This document shows positions 44,251 to 50,299 of a DNA stretch of 50,299 nucleotides, piece after piece (within the stretch, counting starts at the first letter, position 1; each line of letters starts with the position of its first letter). The DNA is from Candidatus Woesearchaeota archaeon (GTDB taxonomy: Archaea > Nanobdellota > Nanobdellia > Pacearchaeales > GW2011-AR1). The notes beneath the pieces were generated by a model. That model made no database searches and had not been told where the DNA came from. It saw only the letters and a list, made by a program, of their open reading frames with translations. Where the stretch lies: positions 1 through 50,299 of the forward strand of contig CAZJUG010000002.1 of NCBI GenBank assembly GCA_964549155.1, read 5' to 3'. The translations under genes and the position numbers were made by a program.

Positions 44251-46807
44251 TATAAACTCTTTTAATAAAATCGATTTTATCTTCAACCTTAATTACATCT
44301 GAATGTGATTGTAAAATCAAATTAATTGCGAAAGGACTTGGCAGTTTACTCTCAATTTTCTCAACCTTAATTAATCCCTTATTAATCAGCTCCACAATCC
44401 TTTCACTATTAGCCAAATCCATATAATCTTCTAAAATCTCTCTTTTAGTTTCTTTTAAAATAGGAAACTCTTTAGAGGTCTTCAATACAGCACTAAGCAA
44501 GAAGTGCGAACTCATTTGTTGCCTTCCAACACTTTTAGTATTCCCTTTGTAATTTCTTAAAATCATCAAGCTTCTTGCAGCACAATGTCTAAATCTTCTC
44601 TTAAAAATTTCACTCTTTTCAATAGATTCCTCCAAGATCCTCCTCAAATCTTTCTTTTCAATCTTCCTGAAACCTTTTTCTATGCTATCCACATTCAATT
44701 CCTTTCCACAAATAAAAAAACCATTGTCTCCAACTCCAATTTCCACATCTCTCTTCCGAACCGATGCAACAATATAAGCCAGAGCACGACTCAATGCTTC
44801 ATTAACTCTTCTTCCAAAAACACCATGAAATAAAACATAAGTTTTTTCAGCTCTATAAACTTCCATCAACACCTTTCTTTCGTGTGGAATCTTTGAATAT
44901 TTCCATTGTCTTTTAAAATAACTAAATAAAGTCTCTGCAATTTCTTGAGTTGTATAACAATATTCTTTTAGAAACTCAACAATTTCCTTTTCATCATACC
45001 CTTTCTCAAACTTTTCACACAATTTTCTCCTAAACTTTTGTATCTCTAAGGCTGTTGTGAAACTCAAGGGTAAAACTTCAGAAAACCAAGAAGGAATTGT
45101 GGGACTTCTGTCCGAAGGAACAACCATTGCCTTCATTCCCCTAACATAAAGAAACTGATAACTTCTTCCTCCTAAAACAAAAACATCTCCTTTTTTTATC
45201 TTTTCAAGAAAAAATTCATCAATTTTCCCTATAACTCCTCCACTTTTGTCAGTCACAAGCACAAAACCTTCATCTGGAATTGTCCCAATATTTGTAAAAT
45301 AAATAACTCTTGCCAATTTTCCTTTTTTTCCTATAGAATTTGTTTCTTTATCAAACCAAATCTTAGGATAAAGATTCCTAACTTCAACTTCATACTCTCC
45401 AGAAAGATAAGAAATAACTGAAAGAAAGTCTTCCCTAGACAAACTTTTATAACAAAAACTTTTTTTCATCAAAGAAAACATCTCATTTATGTGATAAGGC
45501 CTATTTATACACATCCCAAAAACATGTTGGGCAAGCACATCTAAACAATTTTCAGGAATATGGACCTCATCAATTATATTTTCGTGCGAATTTTTCATAA
45601 TTATACTACATTCAACCATGTCATCAAAATCTGAAACAATAAATTTTCCTTTAGCAACTGAATGTAACTGGTGTCCGGCCCTTCCAACCCTCTGAATTGC
45701 TCTTGAAACAGACTTTGGACTTCCTAAAAGCACTACTAAATCAATAAAACCAATATCGATTCCTAGTTCAAGTGAAGTAGAACACACAACAACCTTCAAT
45801 TTTCCCTCCCTCAATTTTTTTTCAATGTCCATTCTATGATCTTTAGACAAAGAGGAGTGGTGTGCACCAATGTTTTCTATATAATTTTCTGGAAATTTCT
45901 CTTTTAATTTATGCACAACCCTCTCTGTTGCAGCCCGGGTATTAGTAAATATTAAAGTAGTTCTATTTTTTTGAATTAAATCGTTCAAAACATTATAGAG
46001 TTCATGGTTTAAACCCTGACTAGTGAGGTCTAAAATGTTTTTTATAGGACTTAGAGTCTCAAGTTCTATCTTTTTTGTAGTTTTTACAGAACCAATTAAG
46101 CAGTTCCGTTCATTTCCCACTAAGAAATGTGCTATTTTTTCTAAAGGAGCTACTGTTGCACTCAGTCCTACCCGAGTAATTTCAATTGAGCTGAACTCTT
46201 GCAACCTCTCCAAGCTAAGTGAAAGGTGTACTCCTCGTTTATTTTCTGCTAGGGAGTGTATTTCATCTATCACAACAAACTCAAGGAGCTTAAATTTTTC
46301 AATAAAATTAGGACTATTAAGTACAATCGCCATTGTTTCAGGAGTTGTAACTAAAATATGGGGTGATTTTTTACTCATTTTTACTCTTTCTTTAGCGGAA
46401 GTGTCTCCAGTTCTCAAACCAACTCGAATCTCTTGCATAGAAATTTTATTTTCCTTAGCAATTTGTTGTATCTCTTCAAGTGGTCTAACTAAATTAACAT
46501 AAATATCATTACTCAAAGCTTTCAAAGGAGAACAATAGACTGCATAAACCCTATCTTCAAGTTCATTTCTCCTTGCAAGTTGTACTAAATAATTCAGTAT
46601 GGATAAAAAAGCAGTTAATGTCTTGGTACTTCCAGTAGGAGCTGATATTAAAATGTTCTTTCGTTCATTAATTCTTAAAACTCCATACTTTTGTGCACTA
46701 GAAAAATCCATAAACCTTGAAAAAAACCATTCTTCAACAATTGGATCTAAGATTTGTTTTATGTCCTTTGTTTTAACTTCATTTATATGTTCAAATATTT
46801 GTCCCAT
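44222..46807 (-). CDS. lhr: Lhr-like ATP-dependent DEAH-box helicase (superfamily 2, with DEAD_assoc C-terminal domain)
   Basis: Motifs APTGSTKT, DEIH, SAT, ...VCSTSLELGIDIG...QRVGRAGH. 861 aa. Confidence 0.85.
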   Translation of the reverse strand: MGQIFEHINEVKTKDIKQILDPIVEEWFFSRFMDFSSAQKYGVLRINERKNILISAPTGSTKTLTAFLSILNYLVQLARRNELEDRVYAVYCSPLKALSNDIYVNLVRPLEEIQQIAKENKISMQEIRVGLRTGDTSAKERVKMSKKSPHILVTTPETMAIVLNSPNFIEKFKLLEFVVIDEIHSLAENKRGVHLSLSLERLQEFSSIEITRVGLSATVAPLEKIAHFLVGNERNCLIGSVKTTKKIELETLSPIKNILDLTSQGLNHELYNVLNDLIQKNRTTLIFTNTRAATERVVHKLKEKFPENYIENIGAHHSSLSKDHRMDIEKKLREGKLKVVVCSTSLELGIDIGFIDLVVLLGSPKSVSRAIQRVGRAGHQLHSVAKGKFIVSDFDDMVECSIIMKNSHENIIDEVHIPENCLDVLAQHVFGMCINRPYHINEMFSLMKKSFCYKSLSREDFLSVISYLSGEYEVEVRNLYPKIWFDKETNSIGKKGKLARVIYFTNIGTIPDEGFVLVTDKSGGVIGKIDEFFLEKIKKGDVFVLGGRSYQFLYVRGMKAMVVPSDRSPTIPSWFSEVLPLSFTTALEIQKFRRKLCEKFEKGYDEKEIVEFLKEYCYTTQEIAETLFSYFKRQWKYSKIPHERKVLMEVYRAEKTYVLFHGVFGRRVNEALSRALAYIVASVRKRDVEIGVGDNGFFICGKELNVDSIEKGFRKIEKKDLRRILEESIEKSEIFKRRFRHCAARSLMILRNYKGNTKSVGRQQMSSHFLLSAVLKTSKEFPILKETKREILEDYMDLANSERIVELINKGLIKVEKIESKLPSPFAINLILQSHSDVIKVEDKIDFIKRVYNEMDRNEKL

Positions 46808-46843
46808 GGTAAACTATTTAAAATAGGGTTCTTTATATCTCTT

Positions 46844-47161
46844 ATGCCTTCAATTTCTAAAGAAAAAAAAGAGAAAATCCAAGAACAGATTCTTTCATTT
46901 TTGTATGGGTCATTTCCTAAACAAATCTTCACATCAGATATTTCTCATGAACTAGCAAGAGATGAAGAATTTATAAAAAAACTAATATTAGACTTAGAAA
47001 AAAAACAATTAGTAACTCGAGTATCTAAAAATTCAGAAGGTATAGAATACACTCGTAGAATCAGATGGAGAATTTCTAACAAAGCTTATGAAATTTATAA
47101 AAAATCTCAACTAATGTCCGCACAAAGCCAAACAATTGCTGAAAAAAACACTTTCGAATAG
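46844..47161 (+). CDS. Small winged-helix DNA-binding protein
   Basis: IQEQILSFLYGSFPKQIFTSDISHELARDEEFIKKLILDLEKKQLVTRV has a wHTH layout. The track ORF begins further upstream in the Lhr promoter region; ATG at 46844 is preferred. Confidence 0.55.
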   Translation: MPSISKEKKEKIQEQILSFLYGSFPKQIFTSDISHELARDEEFIKKLILDLEKKQLVTRVSKNSEGIEYTRRIRWRISNKAYEIYKKSQLMSAQSQTIAEKNTFE

Positions 47162-47211
47162 CTATAATTTATCATACTTAATGTTTTAAACATAGACTCC
47201 ATCAAGTATAT

Positions 47212-47877
47212 ATGGATCCAATTAAAGAGGCATTTCAGAGAATAAAAGAGGAGATTTCATCAATTAGGTCTGAAATTATGTCTATTTCTTCTAGAGTTAC
47301 ATCAATCGAAACCCAACAAAAGACCTCTAAAACTACAGCAGATACATCATATCCAACACATACTCCCACACAAAATCCAGCACTTCCACAGGAAATAAGG
47401 GGGTCAAAAAGTCCTTTTTTTGATGTTTCCACAGGAAATAAGGGGGTTCCAACAGACAAACCCACAGACAGACAGACAAACCAACAGACAGACACTCAAG
47501 AGCAAAATTCGTTCTCTGAATCCTCTAAGGATTCTATTTTCACACTCGAAAAGGCAAAAGAAGCCCTCGATTCTTTAGATTCTATAAAGAAGGAGATCAG
47601 GTTAAAGTTTAAGAGATTAACGAATAAGGAAATGGTTCTTTTCACGACGATATACTCCTTAGAAGAGAGAGGTATAGAAGAAATAACTTACAAACTACTT
47701 GCAAATAATCTCAACTTAACTGAATCTTCTATAAGAGACTACACTAACAAACTAATCTCTAAGGGAATTCCCCTCAAAAAAATAAAGCTGAATAACAAAC
47801 AAATCTGCTTAAAGATATCGTCGGAGTTTCAAAGAATCGCTTCCCTTCAAACTGTTCTCAGGTTACGAGACCTTTAG
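47212..47877 (+). CDS. Coiled-coil / T,Q,P-rich linker / C-terminal winged-helix protein (paralog A)
   Basis: N-terminal heptad-like IKEAFQRIKEEISSIRSEIMSISSRV. Linker PTDKPTDRQTNQQTDTQ. C-terminal LTNKEMVLFTTIYSL...ITYKLLANNLNLTESSIRDYTNKLISKG. Confidence 0.55.
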   Translation: MDPIKEAFQRIKEEISSIRSEIMSISSRVTSIETQQKTSKTTADTSYPTHTPTQNPALPQEIRGSKSPFFDVSTGNKGVPTDKPTDRQTNQQTDTQEQNSFSESSKDSIFTLEKAKEALDSLDSIKKEIRLKFKRLTNKEMVLFTTIYSLEERGIEEITYKLLANNLNLTESSIRDYTNKLISKGIPLKKIKLNNKQICLKISSEFQRIASLQTVLRLRDL

Positions 47878-47920
47878 CTCTAAAAACTTATTCGCTTCAC
47901 CGAATAAAAGATTCCATCTA

Positions 47921-48117
47921 TCACTTTTTCATTGAATATTCTCTTTTGCGACCCTGAATCTTACTTATTCAGGCTAGTCTTATTATAACTCTCTTCTTTT
48001 TCTCTTAATTCTCTTCTCACTTTTTGATCCAATTTTCACAATTATCCAGGGAGCTATTCCTCACTTTTTCACTTCTTACAATCTGTCTCACTTTTTTGAT
48101 GTTTATTCTCACTTTTA
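47921..48117 (+). repeat. Five dispersed copies of TCACTTTT(T) between the convergent paralogs
   Basis: Copies start at 47921, 48017, 48061, 48088 and 48109; four are preceded by CTC or TC. Confidence 0.5.
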
Positions 48118-48717
48118 TTCCTCTTTTTCAATTTTTTTACTCTTTTTAACTCTCACTTTTACACTTTTAGTGATTAATCGGGCTATTTCTTCAGGTATAA
48201 ACACTCTTTTCTTACCATTTGGCTCTCTTTGTTCGACTATCAAACCCTCACTTTTCTGTTTTATCGCATTTATTTGGCCTCTAATGGTACTTTTATCTTT
48301 TGCAAGCATTACTGCAAGATCTTCATAACTAAGTTTCATATCTGAGTATAATAAAGCTAATACAATTGATCTTTCACTTAGTGTTAAATTATCTAAAATG
48401 CCTGTTTGGACAGCCGTTTGGACAGGTGTTTGGACATCAACAGCCGCTGTTTGTTTGTAAACAGCTGTTTGTTTCTGTTTGGACAACCGGCCCCCAAACA
48501 ATGCAATCGCCTCTTTTAGCTCTTCAATATCTTCCAAAGCGAGACTCAATTGTTCTTTTAGAGCACTTATCTCATTAGAATTAACCTTGCTTTTTTCGTC
48601 GAGATGACCTATCCAAGTACCTACTTTAGCAAAATCTCTCTTTGTATTCTCAAAAGATTTTCTTACATCTCCTTCAAGTCTTTCAACCTCTTTTTTTGTT
48701 TTGAAAAAACCAAACAT
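48115..48717 (-). CDS. Coiled-coil / Q,T,A,V-rich linker / C-terminal winged-helix protein (paralog B)
   Basis: Same architecture as 47212-47877. The C-terminal LTLSERSIVLALLYSDMKLSYEDLAVMLAKDKSTIRGQINAIKQKS aligns with the paralog A wHTH. Confidence 0.55.
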   Translation of the reverse strand: MFGFFKTKKEVERLEGDVRKSFENTKRDFAKVGTWIGHLDEKSKVNSNEISALKEQLSLALEDIEELKEAIALFGGRLSKQKQTAVYKQTAAVDVQTPVQTAVQTGILDNLTLSERSIVLALLYSDMKLSYEDLAVMLAKDKSTIRGQINAIKQKSEGLIVEQREPNGKKRVFIPEEIARLITKSVKVRVKKSKKIEKEE

Positions 48718-48780
48718 ATTAACATTTCTTGGAAGGAGGTGTTTATAAATCTTTCTGTTTTTTCATGTTTTTAGGTGTTT

Positions 48781-48956
48781 AAACAGCTCTCTGTTTATGT
48801 TTATGCCCTGCTGTCCAAACAGCAAACACCTAAATTAATCGTCGATTAATCTTTATCTATTTAAAAAATATCTCAAAAACATCCAAACAGCCCTCTTTTT
48901 TTAGCTGGCTGTCCAAACAGCCCTTGTTTATTCAAATAAACATAAACAGCTGTTTG
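48781..48956. repeat. Iteron-like array of (G)TCCAAACAG / AAACAGC motifs in a divergent promoter region
   Basis: AAACAG-ctct-CTGTTT at 48781-48796. GTCCAAACAG at 48813-48822 and 48911-48920. ATCCAAACAG at 48881-48890. Palindrome TAAACAGCTGTTTG at 48943-48956. Confidence 0.65.
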
Positions 48957-49038
48957 AAAAATCTCTTTTTTGGAGCATTTTTTGATGGAATTAAGCTAAA
49001 AACACAATCCTTTTAAACATCTTTATCTTTAGAAACCT

Positions 49039-49332
49039 ATGCAAGTTTACAAAAAGATGGTGGTTTCAGGTATCCTAGCCACAATAGTCACAGCTCTCAC
49101 ACACTTTTTTTCGTTCGTTCCTTGCAAGATCTTTCCCTCACCGCTAAATGCAGAACCCTATTGGAGTTCATGTTACCTTGATATGGCAAATCAGGGAGTT
49201 TTTCAAACATCTCAAACTCTTTATTTTGGCTATTTTGCTAGCATTTCTAGCACATATTTAATGGTTTTTGGAACAGTTTTTGTTCTTTCATTCATCCTAC
49301 TAAACTGGATGTTCAAATCTAAAAAACACTAA
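49039..49332 (+). CDS. Hypothetical small membrane protein
   Basis: 97 aa with 2-3 hydrophobic segments. No family recognised. Confidence 0.4.
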   Translation: MQVYKKMVVSGILATIVTALTHFFSFVPCKIFPSPLNAEPYWSSCYLDMANQGVFQTSQTLYFGYFASISSTYLMVFGTVFVLSFILLNWMFKSKKH

Positions 49333-49343
49333 AAGGAGGTAAA

Positions 49344-49565
49344 ATGGCAAAAAAAGCAAAAGTTGAAAAGGGAACTGCAAAGATAGCAAGTATCTTAGCT
49401 TGGATTGTTGGAATTCTCGTTTCTCTTTCTGTAGGTGCGGGAATGGCTAATGAGGTCTTAACACTCAAATCACTATATATTCCTATAATAGTTACTATTA
49501 TAGCTGGATGGATCGTGATTATTGGAACAATTCTTGGCATAGTACTGGCTCTATTTGGCAAGTAA
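49344..49565 (+). CDS. Hypothetical two-TM small membrane protein
   Basis: A strong Shine-Dalgarno-like AAGGAGGT lies 6 nt upstream of the ATG. The 73-aa product has two TM helices. Preferred over the antisense ORF 49319-49582. Confidence 0.6.
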   Translation: MAKKAKVEKGTAKIASILAWIVGILVSLSVGAGMANEVLTLKSLYIPIIVTIIAGWIVIIGTILGIVLALFGK

Positions 49566-49687
49566 ATCTTGCCTCTTTTCATTATTCAATTTTTTTAGTT
49601 TTCCTATTATTTATATTAAGCTAACCTAAGTGCAAAAGTAGATAGGAGTGTATAAATATTTAAATAGTTATATCTATAAAATATTCA

Positions 49688-50107
49688 ATGGAAGATTACA
49701 CTCAAACCCCTCTTCGAGAGGGAGAACTCTATGTTTCCCTTCACGAAGATGTAGTCTATAAAATTCAAGAAGGGGCTGCAGTATCTTATGGAGGTAAGAG
49801 ATTGATTCTGTCTCCTCCAAGAAAAGAACCTCTTTCTGAAAGAGAAAGAACGGAGGGTTATGTGGGTTTCTTATATCCTGAAGTTCTCGTACCTCTTTCT
49901 AGAGAAGATTGTTGGGCAAGACTAAACCTCCGAAAAGATTTGGCAGACTCTATTATCCGAGAAATTTCTTTTTTAGAAAGACACTATAATGCACAAAGTC
50001 AACCAAAGTGCACAGAAGATAGATTGTTGGAATCTAGGAGCAAGTTAGTTGCAAAAGTAGTTTTAGAACCAGAAGCAACAGGAAATCAGACACCTCCGAT
50101 ATATTAA
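49688..50107 (+). CDS. Hypothetical protein
   Basis: 139-aa ORF preceded by a TATAAATATTTAAATA box. Looks richer in G/C than its neighbours (not computed). Confidence 0.45.
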   Translation: MEDYTQTPLREGELYVSLHEDVVYKIQEGAAVSYGGKRLILSPPRKEPLSERERTEGYVGFLYPEVLVPLSREDCWARLNLRKDLADSIIREISFLERHYNAQSQPKCTEDRLLESRSKLVAKVVLEPEATGNQTPPIY

Positions 50108-50299
50108 AATCATCCAGTTGCAAGAGCAACACACCATCTCAGGGAATTTGTGGAAGCAGTTAAATCAATAGATACCAAGGCAACAGAAATATCCAGAAAA
50201 AGCAGATAGATTTAATAATTTAGACAAATTCCAATAAACTACACATAATACATCTTATATGAACCTTTTTACACCAAAAATGACCTTTTTTCAGCCTTT

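Noticed and set aside
43435-50299. An integrated mobile element to the right of tRNA-Ser, or covering the wHTH block (46.8-50.3 kb)
   Set aside because: No integrase, transposase or capsid-like gene is present. I found no repeat of the tRNA-Ser 3' end. Lhr and MPE directly adjacent to the tRNA are ordinary chromosomal genes. The accessory character of 46.8-50.3 kb remains only a suspicion.
1-50299. Diversity-generating retroelement, retron or other reverse-transcriptase-based system (common in DPANN)
   Set aside because: No ORF with RT motifs (YxDD) was seen, and no template/variable repeat pair was noticed among the surface-protein genes.

Overview
This is an AT-rich archaeal chromosomal segment (roughly 30% G+C by eye, not computed). 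It encodes PolD (DP1+DP2), Orc1/Cdc6, Hjc, PCNA, an archaeo-eukaryotic primase and ribosomal proteins eL33/uL16. Genes are tightly packed, with many ATGA/TAATG overlaps. There are several Cys-rich secreted proteins with C-terminal membrane anchors, and the tRNA region is intron-containing and fragmented. Together these point to a small-genome DPANN-type archaeon, which is an inference. All homology calls come from motif recognition in the supplied translations or my own translations; no searches were run.

Core content:
- Replication and repair: hjc, a fused PriS/PriL-like primase, PCNA, TopA, Ogg, PolD, Orc1/Cdc6 with an adjacent predicted oriC (three ORB-like boxes around an almost pure A/T unwinding element), and Lhr with its metallophosphoesterase partner.
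- Translation: ProRS, eL33, uL16, tRNA-Gly(GCC) with an 84-nt intron, tRNA-Val(UAC), tRNA-Ser(CGA), and a DRG-like GTPase.
- Oxidative stress: rubrerythrin and desulfoferrodoxin.
- Other: a P-type ATPase, an M16 peptidase, YggS and a TctA/DUF112 membrane protein.

No CRISPR array, integrase, transposase or reverse transcriptase was seen.

Most unusual observations:
1. The tRNA locus at 15.1-15.9 kb holds a duplicated 5' half of tRNA-Val (interrupted by a 56-nt structured insert), tRNA 3'-end duplications, and a long tRNA-Gly intron.
2. A short intergenic repeat family (18.05 kb and 24.1 kb) partly resembles that tRNA-Gly intron.
3. At 8-15 kb four nucleotide-signalling-type folds cluster together: a diadenylate cyclase with a C-terminal membrane anchor, a DHH/DHHA1 phosphoesterase wedged into a GlcD/Fe-S operon, a receptor-like protein with a degenerate class III cyclase domain, and a large Pol-beta nucleotidyltransferase.
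4. At 46.8-49 kb two paralogous coiled-coil/winged-helix genes have linkers built from the same 10-nt DNA motif that is reiterated in the neighbouring intergenic region.
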